The translations under genes were made by a program, and so were the position numbers. A stretch of 54,676 nucleotides of DNA, filler included, from Basidiobolus ranarum (Eukaryota), in the NCBI GenBank assembly GCA_040143965.1. It is 4 parts of 4 records of this genome, joined end to end, with 100 filler letters (N's around TTAATTAATTAA, not from the genome) between each part and the next. Parts side by side here need not be neighbours in the genome. Positions count along the whole stretch, not along the records: positions 13,717 to 27,325 come from JASJQH010000474.1; 3 more parts are not named here. One strand, written 5' to 3'. Numbering within the stretch: position 1 is the stretch's first letter; each line of letters starts with the position of its first letter. Positions 13,717 through 27,425 of this stretch are shown here, piece by piece. The notes under the pieces were generated by a model, which did no database searches, was not told the origin of the DNA, and worked only from the letters and a program-made list of their open reading frames with translations.

Positions 13717-16700
13717 AACTGAGGTAGCACGATCCTTAGAAGCAGCACTAGAGGGTCTAGGTCTAGTAGCAACGGGACGAGTAGGGCCTACATGAGCTGG
13801 CGCACCTTTTGATTCAACTGGTTTCCTAGAACTGGCTACTGAGCTCACTTTGGTAGTAGGTGCAGGCTTTGGTGCAGAAGTTCTACTAGTTGCAGTAGTA
13901 GTAGTAGCAGGCTTGGTGGCGGTTCTTAAGGTAGAAGGAACTCGAGTTCTGGTTCCATCCTTGCTAGCAGCAACTTTGGCTTGTTCTCCGGTGATAGGTG
14001 AACGACCACTGGGAGGCATACTGGATCTCTTAGGTGCGGTGGCGGAAGCGGTAGTGGACCCAGCAGCAGGACGGACGCTTCTCTTTGCAGTAGTAGCATC
14101 GCTCACAGATACAGGACGAGGTTTTGCTTGAGTGGTTGTAGCACGACTGCCATTTGGTGGGGCAGCACGCATAACAGGGCTACGAGTGGGTTTCTTAGCA
14201 CCATTACTTGCACTATCTGCGTTACCAAAGACGATCTTGATTTCGCGTGAAGCGCTGGAAAAAGAATCACTGCCATGTACAGCATTCTTAGATCCATCAG
14301 TACCATACAAAGCACGAATACTTTTTGGAGCAGCTTCTTTAGCCTTTACTGAGTTAGTTGGGCCCATCAAATCTCTCCAAGCTTTAACTGCGCCTTCTTT
14401 TCTAAGAACCATGGCGTAGACAGGAGCACTGCTCATCCAAGTGATAAGCTTTTCGAAGAAAGGCTTTCCATCATGTTCGGCGTAAAACTCCTTAGCCTTG
14501 AGTCTAGTAAGTCTAACTTCTTTTTCTTTAACAATAGTGAACCCTTCTTTCTTAATGATCTTCTGAATGTTGATCTTACGACCAGCACCATAGGCATCGG
14601 GCTTAATAAGGGCCAATGTTTGTTCAATATCACTTTGGGATACGTTTGAAGATGCTGAAGTGCTTGAAGGGCTAAACACAATCTTAATCTCACGGGTAGC
14701 ACTATCAACAGAATCACTTCCATGTACAGCATTATGAGATCCATCTGTACCAAAGAGTGCACGGATACATTGGGGATTTTCCTCCTTAGCCTTAATAGAA
14801 TTGGTTGGGCCAATTAAGTCTCTCCAAGCTTTAATAGCATTATTCTTCTCTAGAATCAAAGCGTAAATAGGTTGGCTAGTCATGAATTCAACCAAACCTT
14901 CGAAGAAAGGTTTGCCTGTATGTTCTTTGTAAAACTCCTCCGCTTGACTCTTGGTAAGGGTGATTTCTTTCTCTTTGATAATGGCAAAGCCATCCTTCTT
15001 GATAATATCAATGATTGCTGCTTTGTTACCGGCACCATATGCGTCAGGCTTAATTAGAGCTAAAGTGCGTTCTAATTGAGCTTGGGTTTCGGTAGTAGCC
15101 TCTTGTTCAGCCGGTTCATCAACGGATCCCGCATGGTCAACACTAATATCTTTCTCAGGTTCGGGGTTAGCTTCTTCAGGTACAGCATCACTTGGATTTT
15201 CTGCAGTTGCCACGGCATCCTCATTCAATACTTCAGCAGTACCTTCGCTTTGTACCTCAGCACTTTCAAGGCCAGGTTGAGATTCTACGTCTTCAGGTAA
15301 TACATCATCACCATTCTTGGGTGGCTCATCATCCGTTACATTCTGGATTTCTGTATCTGCCACTTCCTGTGGTTGGGAATCAGCAACATCCTCTGCTGGC
15401 TGAGAATCTTCTTGATTTGAAGCCTCAACAGCTTCTTCACTAGGAGTAGCAACATCCTTTTCTGCTTGAGAATCTTCTTGATTTGAGGCTTCAACAACGT
15501 CTTCAGGTTGCTGGTTCACTTCGCTTGAAGTCATAACATCCGCTTCAGTATGAGAATCTTCTTTTGAAACAGGAACTTCATATTCAGGCTCATCTTGGGA
15601 TTTGGTTTGGCCAAAAACTATACCAATTTCTCTTTTAGCATTGGCAATCGAGTCACTGCCGTGAACAGCGTTTTTAACACTGTCGGTACCATACAAGGCC
15701 CTGATACTTCCATGAGATTCAAACTTCGCTTTCAGAGAATTAGCAGGACCCATCAAACTGCGCCACTCTTGGACGGCATTTTCTTTTTCTAGTACCATAG
15801 CTAGAGAAGGAGCACTAGTGAGTAGATTCACAATGTTTTCAAAGAAACGTTTTTCTTTGTATTCACTGTAAAATTCTTCAGCCAGAGATTTGCTAAAAGT
15901 GACTTCTTCAGATTTAACAACAACAAACTTTTTCTCTTCAATTAATTGAAGAATATCCTCTTGGCGGCTTGTTCCGTAAACATCTGGCTTAATGAGAACA
16001 AAAGTTTGCTCTTCATTGCTTACTTCAAGTTTATCATCCTCAGTAGCTAATTCCTCTGTCACGTTGGTATTCTCAGTATCAGCCTGTTCATCAGCAACAG
16101 GGATGACTGGTACTTCATTCAAAGCTTCTTCGGGAGTCTTCTCAGGAAGTAATGCGGATTCTTCTGCAGATACATCCTCACGGTGTGGCTCGTGAGTTTC
16201 AGTTTCCTTAAGCTCGGTAATGTCATCGGTAACAACCTCATCATTGTTCTCAATGCTTGGTTCAGGGATTTCTGAATCAGCTGGAGCAACGGAGTCAGAA
16301 TCTACAACTTCATGTACCTCAGCATCTTCATGGGGCTGGCTTGAGGTGTTATCTTCGTTGCTGTTGTCAACTTCCTCCGTGACCTCAGAATCTTCAATAG
16401 CTTTAGAATCTTGGTCTTCAACCACTGGTTCTACGGTATCGGATTCATGTTGAACAGGCTCCTCAGATTCCAATTCTTGAGAAACAACATCCTTTGTACC
16501 ATCGTTTCCTTCTTCAACTTCAAGGTTTGATTCTTGCTCAACATCTGGGGGAGAACTTTCTTCTGAATCCTCGACATGGTTGTCTTGAGGTAAAACATTT
16601 GAATCAACAACGTCAGTGGCTTCGGTTTGTTCTTCGTCATCTTGCTTTTGTAAATCTAATGATTCAACATGGTTCTCACTTTCATTCTCTTCGGTAACTA

Positions 16701-18318
16701 AATCAGCCTCTTCATTAGTTTTCTCTTCGTTGACTGACACAGTTTCTTCATTGGTTTGATCTCCGTTGGTTAGATCAGTTTCTTCAATGGTTTGTTCTCC
16801 GTTGATTAGAGCAGTCTCTTCATTGGATTGTTCTCCATTGGTTAAAGCAGCTTCTTCATTAGACTGTTCACCATTTACTTTAGCATCAACTTGCTCAGTA
16901 CTATCTTCTTGAGAGAGTTCGAGACTCTCTTTTTGGTCCTCCAATACTTCTTCCTGATCATTCTCAGTGGTCGATTGAATGACATCAGATTCAATGGGTG
17001 CTTCGGTGTTATCCACATCAACACCAGCAGTAAGAGATTCGAAGAATTGTGGGAAAAAGAATGTGATTTCTCGGTTAGCAGCTTCCTTGGACTCACTTCC
17101 ATGAATAGCGTTCTTAACCTCATCAGTTCCGTAAAGGGCACAAATACTATATTAACTATAGATTAGTATTGAATAAAGGGTATTATAATAAAAGTGATTT
17201 ACCTTTGTGGCCGGGTGATTCTTGCAACCTCAACATCAGCTGGACCCATCATCTCTCTCCATCCACGAACTGCGTTAATTCCTTTGAGAAGGACGACGTG
17301 AACCTCACCACTACATTAACAAAAATTTGATGAGTATTTACTATTGATCATGATTCAAAAGTATATCCCAGTTACCTAGTCATAAATGAGATGAGATCTT
17401 TATAGAAAGGTTTACTTTTCTGATCTTTGTAAAATTCTTTAACTTGATCTTCAGTTAATTGTAACTTTTCGAAATTCAACACCTCGAATCCTTTATAATT
17501 AATCGCCTTTAATATGGTATCAGAATGACCGGCAGCAACTGCATCTGGTTTAATCATTCCCAAAGTGTACTCGGATTTAAATAAAGTATCGTCTCCGTGC
17601 TCTTTAGAATCACTAACCATAGTATGTATACTATTGGCGAAGACGAACTCAATTTCTCTTTTAGCGGCCTCAACAGAGTCAGAACCATGGACAGCATTCT
17701 TGGTGATATCAACGCCGAACATAGCACGAATACTATATTGAATTGGTTATAAATCATGAGTCAATATGAACACTCAAATAAAAAATGGATATATCACCCA
17801 CCTATTAACATCCGTATCTCTAGCAACTTCAGGATCGGTAGGGCCTAATAATTTTCTCCATATTTGAACTGCATCATCTTGACGAAGTTCAAAAGCCATA
17901 ACAGGAGCACTATTTATGAGAGGTACAGGTTAATATAGAGAAGTAACCAAATTGAAGTGAAAAAAAACCCTCGAAGAGTACCAAGTAATGTAAGAGATTA
18001 ACTCTTCGAAAAAGGGTTTATCCTTATGTTCAAGATAAAACTCTGAAGCAGATTCTCTGGTAAACCAGAATTTCTTTTGGCGTACGAGCTCAAAGCCGGC
18101 CAGTTGTACCAGGTCTTTGATAGCTTGGATGCGGTGAGGTGTGAGACAGTCTGGTTTGATTAAAGCCAAAGTACTCTCAATTTGGTTTTGTTCCTCAAAG
18201 TTCTAATAAAAGACATTAATGAAAGGTGAAAAGAAAGTGAATAAGCTAGAATAGAGTGGGAGTAGTAAATAGCAAGCTTTAGTACCTGAGAATCAACATC
18301 AGTAGGTTCGGGTGCCAT
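13717..18318 (-). CDS. Large multi-domain nucleoside diphosphate kinase-like protein (five group-II-like NDK domains, acidic linkers, basic tail); 3' end truncated by contig end
   Basis: ATG 18318 (MAPEPTDVDSQ) spliced through five introns into the long ORF-track exon. Five IKPD...FY...WR..(L/M/I)GP...NA(V/I)HGS(D/E)S...REI units. Confidence 0.9.
16695..16875 (-). repeat. Intragenic 36-bp (12-aa) tandem repeat in the acidic linker
   Basis: NGEQSNEEAALT NGEQSNEETALI NGEQTIEETDLT NGDQTNEETVSV NEEKTNEEADLV. Confidence 0.8.
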
Positions 18319-21300
18319 TTTATAGGAAGTAGTTATTAAGGATAAGGAATGCTAAACCACTCAATGCTAACTAGGTTACTGTAGAGTTGGAGTATAAGGA
18401 AAACAACTGATTAAGAAAAATATCAAGAGTTGTTAAGAGAAATTATTAAAGTAAGCACTAACGAGCGGTAATGCGAATATAGTATAACTTTAGATTACAA
18501 AGGCAATCCAACTCTGATGATGGGGAGAAAAAGATACAAATGCTAGGGGGATCCTTCCGAACCATACGTAATAGATTTATATGGCTAGGGTGGAAAAGAC
18601 AGGGGAAGAAACTCGAAGGTTCTGTATGCGAAAGATAACCAAGTTCATGCATTAATGGAATAACATTAAAAAAAGCTATAAATATACTGAATTTCCTGTA
18701 AAACCATAATGAACGGCTGTTATGGAAGATCAGTCCTAAAACAGATTTCATAAATAAGGGGTTTGGAGTAAACAAATCTTGGATTGATTTGTTGTGAAAT
18801 TTCATTTCAATTCAGCGAATTGTCATGAAATAAGTATATTCTAGAATGCTTTCTAAAGGTGGTATAAGGATAATGTCAATTAACACAAAGATATTCGTAT
18901 CACAGCTGTAGTTAATATCTGTCGATGTAAGCCAAATTACTTCAGGAGATCGACAGGAAACCAACTCTTTGCTTAAAGCTGTACTGGCAGCAATAGCATA
19001 CATGCTGTAATTTGAGTGCTCCCTCTTAGATGATCTTCAATATCTGACCTTGCTCAACTCTTTCACTGTAAGGTATGATGGGCACCAGAGCACATATCGT
19101 GTCAAGGGGAACGTTAGAATATTCAGGTGAGCAACGGTTATCCATGTGCACAGTTGATGCAAGGCCCACCACGAGAGAATATTGGGAATGCAGCATAAGA
19201 TATGTAAATCTCAATAGCAATACGAGGTACGAGTTGTGCCTGAAATGCCACAACTTGGGCGGGCTCGCTGTATGTTCACTTGCTATGTATTGACTACAGG
19301 GCTAGTATTACCAAAAATCCCAAGACGATGCATAAATGTGTAGACTGAAAAGTCAGGATTCAGAGGGCTACTATCCTACCAATCTTGAATGGCCAATCCC
19401 GTGGGACCTCGATACAAGCCTGCACCAGTACAAATCTCTGTCTCGTTGGCGACTAATGCAGACCGATATAGATCAGGATATCGAATAAGATCGGTTTGTC
19501 CCAAGTTTATAGCATGGTTGGAGCAATTTAGGTATTTAGATCAAGAATGTAATAGAGTGATATGGATATCCTTGAACAAGTGAGCCAGCATTGTTGATCA
19601 AGGTTGCGCATGGTACCCAAATCTGGGATGTCGAATCGAGACCTATCACACCCAAACTTCACTACGTAAACTCGGTAGAATAGTGAATGCAAGATGAGGC
19701 TTTGAACTGTTCGATAGAGTTGTTTCCACAATACGAGCAGGTTTCCCACTTTCTGCTCATGTGTTTCGATTTTAACATATCTCAAGGAAGTGAAAAGCAT
19801 CCGGATTATAAAATATAATAAGTCATATATATGAACTCGCATTACTAAGGAATAGGGCTGAGTACATTCTATCTGTTGAGCCCCCTCCGTATTTACGAGG
19901 GAACAAATTAAATGTGCTGCACATGTTTGAACTCGGCCAATAGAAGAATCCTTCTTTGTAGAAGAATGAGATACTATGCCATTGTTCGTTGAGAGGTAGA
20001 CGGGAGGTACACGGCTCGTAGATCTTATATCACTTCTTTACATTTCATTCTGAAGTGTCCAGTCCCATGTCGATTAGACACTCTATCACTTGCAGTAGAA
20101 GCGAGTAGCGAACACTGGTGATGTCAACAATATCTTGTGAAGGTCGACCACTCTCATTGTTGGTTTTCTCTTCTTGGTGACAAGTTGTTTCTTCGTCATC
20201 TGTGGTCAATACAGCCTGTATCACCCTAAAACCGTGCATACAGGCAATATCTAGTTAGATTAACTCCAACTTTCATTTGTACTTTGTTGGTGGAAAGAAA
20301 ATCCCTGGATAAAATGTGGCTCCAATAAACAAGTATGTTTCTATTCGTACCACACCAACACTTTGCCAGTCATGTGAACTAAGTTAAGGCCTCGTGTGAT
20401 GACGAATCACGTGATCCATTTACAGAATGAAACTTGCCCTACTCACTCACAAATCTCTATCGTTGACTCAACCTCGTCCCATTGGCCAACTCTCGGAGTA
20501 TTTCAACATATGCTGTGACAATGAATACGCACAAAGGGCTTTTGGTTAGGTAGATTGGCCACAGACCTTGCTAACATGCTAATATCCATATTATGTATAA
20601 CTTAGGGTTAAAGGGCTATAGCTTGATATATATAGAATACTTTCTATATATTTCGATGTACCCTGGATTATTTTATGTGTAATCATAACTAGAATATCAA
20701 CTTGATTCGTTAGATTCAATTATAATCATTTTACATCCATATTATAAAATATATCATGAGTTAACCTTTGAAATACCCAAAATCCATGAACTTAGCCTGG
20801 ATTTGATGTGTACTCAATTGCTATTCTAATCCGGAGTTGATGCACCAGAATACTACATTTATTTACTATTAAGGAGCAATTTTTCACTTGAATATCTGAA
20901 CGTTATCTAAAACTTTTCCACTTTGTAGCGTATACATCTCTAAGTTAGTAAATATTATTTGAGATTTGATGAGGATATACATTTCTGAAGTCATCTTCAG
21001 ATAATGGAGAAAGCCTTGGCCAGTGTTTAAATGTGAATTGCTTGACTTTTCAAGGATATATTAATGGTGGAGCTATCTCCAGTTAAAGTCAGGCCCGAAG
21101 GTAGCGAATTCGAAGACAAATTCTATTCTCTATGATCTATTTGTTATCTCATTGTACCTAAACCTTTGGAACACCGAATGGTTCGAAATTTCGATTTTGT
21201 TCGGTATACCTCGATAGCTATTATCTTCAGGATTGTGGCAGTTCCTCAGAGCATATTTATCTTTCTTTTAGACAGTATTCGTAATGATATCTGTTAAATA

Positions 21301-21826
21301 AGCGGAGACATTGATCACTTCAGATATAATAAATAAAGAAGTGGTAAAACACACGAAGATATGGAGAATTAGAGATTTCTTCAGCCCGGTAGCGAAATCA
21401 TGTCTTGATCCATCACATATATTCAATTTATAATGATTTAGTACAGTAAATTTTGACGCGCTAATTGAAATTCATGTCGAATTGTAGAGACATCAAAAGT
21501 ATCTATTTCCTGGTTCCAACTATCTGTGGAATGGACGGGAAGATGCCGGTCATTTGGACTACTCATTATTTTAAAGCTCAAAGTTAGAGAGTTTCACATA
21601 TTATTAATGTAATATTTTAATGGACCTGGTTTGCTGCTTAGTGGATGTACATAAATGCCACTAATGAGATTGAATCTTCGCTTCTTATATTAATGTGAAC
21701 TCAGATGTTTAAGGTAATAAAATACTACAACGGCTATTTACACAGCTGACGGGAAGGATATAGAATTGTGCACGAAACAACCACAGTTCAGTACAGAATG
21801 CTCAGTATGGCCTCATTATGAAATAT

Positions 21827-23608
21827 TTATACTAGCTTAAACCAACGAGCAACGAAGTAAAAAGTTATCCCCATAGCAGCCAGAAATACTACTATGCTAT
21901 AAAATGGCCAGATGGGATCGTCAGGTTCGTCCTTGGCCTGGTGTGGGACAGCCACATTCATACCAAATAGACCTGTACATAAAGAAAATCATTAATATTG
22001 TATATATGAATGAATTTGGCCTTTACGGAATGAGGGTAGGCATCTAGAGCTTCAATATTATTTACCAGTGACGATATTCATCGGAACTAGAAATGAGGCT
22101 ACAAAGGTCATCTTGGCGATCACATCGTTTGTTGCATTTTGTGTTTGCGTGATTTCAATTGAGATTTGAGCGAGATAATTGGCATGGGCTCTGGATAGAA
22201 TCTTCTCATGATGATTTACATTTTGTAACATAGTTAAAATGTGATCTAGAGATAAAGAAAGTTAATGACCGACTTGGCTGACTCTAAGATGTATGCTTAT
22301 ATCACCTTGAATATCACCCAGATACAGGGATATATCATCGCCAGTGTGGTGTGTATGAGGTCTATCACTGTAGCGTTTAATCAACCGGCCAACAACGTCA
22401 GCTTTGGGGCCCAGCAATCGAAGGAGACCCATAACGTTCTTACGAGCTTGACCGATTCTACGTAGCATGTCTGATTGTTCCGATTGCTTCAAAATCAATA
22501 CCAGTTCGTCAATCGAGTTACTCTCAAGCTCTACATTATCAATTCTGGGTCCAAACGCATCAGTAACATCATCTACAATGGCATAATTAATCCAATCTAT
22601 ATGCGTTCATTAGAGGTAACAGTAAGTAAAAAAATCTGAATTTCAAACATGCAAGCATAATACCTGGTTTGACTTCAATGTAGTCCTGGAGACTTTGGAT
22701 ACGTCTGATAACATTTTGTGAATGGGGAATTGATTTAAAGTAGTACTAGAGGTAAAAGTTAGGGTGGCTTAAAAAAGGTTGATGTATAAGGATGCTACTT
22801 TAAAACACTCACAGTAATGACTCCTTCTGGCATTACGATGTTATAAATATTGACCGGGTTCATATATGTATCACTGTTGATATCTTGGTCGAAGGTTCGG
22901 AAACAAACGAAGTAATAATTTGGGAAAAGTTCGAATTTCTCTCGTGCCTCTAATTCCATGATGTCTTCGGTGGTAAGGGGATGGATATTAAAAACCTGTA
23001 CATAATATCGATACTTTTGAGTACAACAGTGTAATCACCAACAGATATAGATTCAGCAAATACCTTGCTAAGAATATGAATCTCTTCGTTAGTTGGACTG
23101 AGAACATCAATCCAGAAGTTTCCTTTCTTAACTACGTCTATCAGAGAATTCTCTTTCGTGGAAATATCAGACAAAGAACGACCTTTGATAGTGCCAATCT
23201 GAGGAGAGTACAAAGTAAATCTTTCGAAAGTTTCAGGATTTGCTTGCAGTTGCTGTAGTTTGAGACAAACATGAGTGCTATATGGAGCGAAAATTTATAA
23301 TTTTTTCTTACCAGGCGTTTTTTGGTAGAGCTGATAGTTCCCCGGCGATGCATGATAGAGGGTTGGGGGCTTGCCTGGAGGTATTTCTCTAAAACTTCAT
23401 ATCTGAATTGTTTGCAACCTTTGTTAGAGTCAGATGGATAGCATATATCCTCTCTGAGTGTTATAAGGTCCTCGTACTCTTTTAGAATATGTGTGCTTAA
23501 ATCGGTGTCTAGGTCGCTATCAGTTGTAAGATCAGGAGCTCCGAGGGCATCTATTTCTATAAGGTTAGATACATGCTCGGGAACTTCTTGATACTCTGAC
23601 ATAGGCAT
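21827..23608 (-). CDS. CorA-family Mg2+ transporter (Alr1/Mnr2-like), multi-exon
   Basis: FWIDVLSPTNEEIHILSK/VFNIHPLTTEDIM, REKFELFPNYYFVCFRTF, DWINYAIVDDVTDAFGP, QSDMLRRIGQARK, LYLGDIQDHILTMLQN, GLFGMNVAVP (GMN motif); TAA at 21827-21829. Confidence 0.92.
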
Positions 23609-25839
23609 TGTGAGTTAGAAGAGCGATGTATAAGATCAACAGACTTCGAGGAACAGTTTCCCAGAAGTAAATTAGAGTACAGATGAAAGCTAGATTTACT
23701 TATCAGGGCGGGTAATAAAACGCTAAATTCGGCAGTTATTTAATGAAGTAGTGGAAAGATTCGGCTCCTCACCCACCCTTGACTGTACCTATGGACGTAT
23801 TTGATTTGATTTTTTGTAGCACCTTGTGTGAATAGGAGACCTATATGGCGCTTTTATTAGCAAATAAGAACAATGAGTATTTTATAGATATGTAACCAAT
23901 AAAGGGAATTCCGTTCGATAGAGAATTAAAGCTCAGGAATGACCGACTAACCTTACCTCAGTTGCCTAATTGGGCCTCACTCCCCCAAAGCATTCAATAT
24001 AGCCATAACTTTGATTTCAATAAGGATATGGAATTTGTTGTTATTCAAAATACCAGTGCTGACTGCCGCTTTCCTAGCGTCCGCTGGTAAGTACTAGTTT
24101 CATTTTTCTGGACCAGTCACCCCAGGTTTATCAAATGCCTAAGAATATGACATGTTGCAGGGCTTTAAAACCCAGCACCCTCAACTACTTGGAAGCCAGT
24201 GATTAAGTTACAACGGGAACAAAAAAGAATTGAGAATTTGTGTGTTTCTCTCCACATGGCTCTGCATATGAAATTTTCTACTCACTAATAGGTTAGGCTA
24301 TTGGGCTCGTGTATCACTCTGTGCAAGGTAATTTCAAAGCATTTAGGTACACCAATATGTAGGCCATAAAGCACAATCCATGATTTGTAGTTTTTTCGGG
24401 GTTGACGCTAAGCAAAGTCATCGATAAGTAACACCAACGTTGGTGAAAATATTTGATGCCATTGTTTTCGGGTGTTGTGAATAGCTGCTTATTGCTATGA
24501 TGATCAACTGACTCGATATGATACACACGAGGTATGGCAAAGGCATGTACATTTATAGGAGTCAATGAGTTCTTAGGGCTATTTGCTAGTATGCCAGACA
24601 AGAGATATCGAGCCAATTTTAACGTCTAGATTGTGATTTTTGGAATGAGGATGGTTGACAGAGAGACACATTGTTCACGGTCTGGTTGTTTTCAGATTAA
24701 TCCAGCCATTTGGATCATTGAGCCAAGCTGTCAAACCAGGTATGAGCATCTTTGAATGGCAAATATACTTTGTAGGCTCTTAGCAATCGTGCATAAAAGC
24801 AATTAATTACGGTCATTAGGGAAAGGAAGGTATCAGTGGATGCTCTAAATGCATTACTTATAACTTCTCACAATTGAGTATCCTTGTATACTCTATTTAT
24901 CCTTTTTTGTTGGAGATCTTGGCTCCTTGCTATTTCTGCTGGCTAAGGCAACTTTAAATAATCGATATTTCTTTACAAATGATTTCTGAACTTAATCATG
25001 AAATGCCTTCAACATTTGATGCCTAAAAGCTATATTTATTCAGACCCGAAAAGCGTTCACGTCAAACGTGGAATTTATCGGATCAAGTATAGCATATCAT
25101 GTCAGAATCACATACATGTCTTCTACTTGCAGTTGAAGATGATTCCAAAGTTATTCTAGTGAATGGCTATACTAAGAAGTTTCAGTCACAACTTTCTATC
25201 TTTGGAGAAATAGCGCTCAATTGGGAGCAACAGCATATGGCCCTTTTAGCCAAAAGGCATCGAAGTTCCAGATGTAAGGAGGTTGACAGGGAGAAGAAAA
25301 TGGATATTTTGATTAACACGCATAGTTTGGCTTTGTTCAAATATAACTAAGAAGCGTACAAACAGTATTGTAGATTGTCTCCTTCATAAAACCACAAGAA
25401 GTGGTATTTGTTTATATCACCTGTCATGGTCTCATATCAGTCAGAATTGGCTTTTCTCTATGAGAAAGATCACAATTGGTAATACTCTGCAGAGTCTTCA
25501 TGAAATCGCACTGGCATTTTATGTTGATACTTGTGTCAACAAAGTTGCCACTATTCCTTGTATCGTCTCGGAGTAAATGCTAAGTATACGACGATCAATG
25601 TTCATAACTCAGTTTTATCTGAAGATAGATGATCATAAATCTCGCCCACCTCAATCTCAGCTGTAAAATGACTAGCGTGCTATGATGAAAATTCAATAGC
25701 TTGCAGCTGATTTCGATCAAATTTGATTTAGCCATCGTTGTTAATTACTCAGCAATTCATTCAACTTGAAAAAAAATCATAGGCAAATTTGGACGTAAGT
25801 AGACCAGAAATATGCTACTGGTTCTTGCTCTCTATCAAC

Positions 25840-27325
25840 ATGACGAAAGAAAAGATAAAGAAAAAGGGGGGTGGCAAATCCAAACCTCATAAAGAGCCCG
25901 TTAAAAATGAAAGTGTGGAGAACGTGGTCGATTCTCTTAAAGATAATACCCGATATAATGGGAAAAAGGCTGGCGATCCTATACCAACTGTCGAGGTATT
26001 GCTCTATAGTTTCTAAATCTACTTCATCGCGACGACATTCTAACCTTTCTGATAGGATAAATGGCAACTTTTACCCGCCTTTTTAAAAGTCAAGGGTCTG
26101 GTTAAACAACACATCGATTCATTTAACTATTTTATCAACGTTGATTTAAATAAGATTTTGAAGGCTAACGAGAAAGTAACTTCTGATGTCGATCCCAACT
26201 TTTATCTAAAGTAAGCGCTTTTAAAACATCAATCGATTCGATGTACATCTTGTTTAAACTGTTTCATAAGATATACTGGTATTCGCGTTGGTAAGCCTGA
26301 GCGAACCGATCCTCATGCTGTCAATTTAGAATACACACCTCACGAGTGTCGCCTTAGAGACCTCACTTATTCGACTAACATCTATGTCGACGTTGAATAT
26401 GTTCGCGGTAGGCAACTTGTGCGTCGTCGTGGAGTTCCCATTGGTAGAATGCCTATTATGCTACGTAGTTCTCACTGTGTTCTAAGTGGTAAAGATGAGG
26501 CGGAACTCGCCAAAATGTGCGAATGCCCCTTAGATCCAGGCGGCTACTTCATCGTCAAGGGCACTGAAAAAGTTATTCTTGTTCAAGAACAATTGTCCAA
26601 GAATCGTATTATTGTTGATGTGGATCGTAAAGGAATGGTTGTTGCTTCAGTCACAAGGTATGATGTCCAGTTTATCGAAACAGTGTTTATACGGCTAGAC
26701 TCATAGGTGCCCATTGTTAGTTCCACGCATGAGAGAAAGAGTAAAACCTACGTAACGGTCAAACACGGAAAGCTTTATCTACGCCATAATTCTATCAATG
26801 AGGACCTGCCTGTTGTTATTGCCATGAAGGTTAGTTAATATGTAATGTTATTTCCATCATTTATAGATTGATATTTTAATATATGAATTACATAGGCTAT
26901 GGGCTTACAAGCCGACAAAGAAATTGCGCAGTTAGTTGGTGGCAGTGATCCTTCATTCCTCGATGCTTTCGCTCCTAGTTTGGAAGAATGTGCGAGATTC
27001 AAGATCTTCACCCAACAACAGGCCCTGGATTATATTGGGAGTAAAGTTAAAGTCACTAGAAAGATTGCAAGCATCAGAAGGCCCATGGTATGTATCAATT
27101 CCAGTGGCTTATTGATAATATGCTAAAAACTCGTAAATTATAGTCTGAGGAAGCTCTTGAAATTTTATCTTCAGTAATTTTGGCACATGTTTTGGTAGAT
27201 GGCCTCAACTTCCGCCCTAAATGTATTTATCTTGCTGCTATGATTCGCCGTGCCATCATGGCGATGAATAATGAAAGACTTATCGACGATCGTGATTATG
27301 TTGGTAATAAGAGACTAGAATTGGC
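25840..27325 (+). CDS. RPC2: RNA polymerase III second-largest subunit, 5' part (truncated at contig end)
   Basis: [97 protein letters not shown]. These motifs are Pol III (RET1)-type. Confidence 0.95.
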
Positions 27326-27425
27326 NNNNNNNNNNNNNNNNNNNNNNNNNNNNNNNNNNNNNNNNNNNNTTAATTAATTAANNNNNNNNNNNNNNNNNNN
27401 NNNNNNNNNNNNNNNNNNNNNNNNN
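27326..27425. other. Artificial contig-joining spacer
   Basis: N-run/TTAATTAATTAA/N-run, 100 nt. Confidence 0.98.

Noticed and set aside
18450-20250. Short ORFs / pseudogene-like stretch upstream of the NDK gene
   Set aside because: Fragments with stops and frame changes, no identifiable family.
24020-24750. Signal-peptide-like fragment followed by a GTAAGT...TTGCAG intron-like segment
   Set aside because: Splicing leads immediately to a stop and there is no recognisable product; at most an unidentifiable pseudogene.
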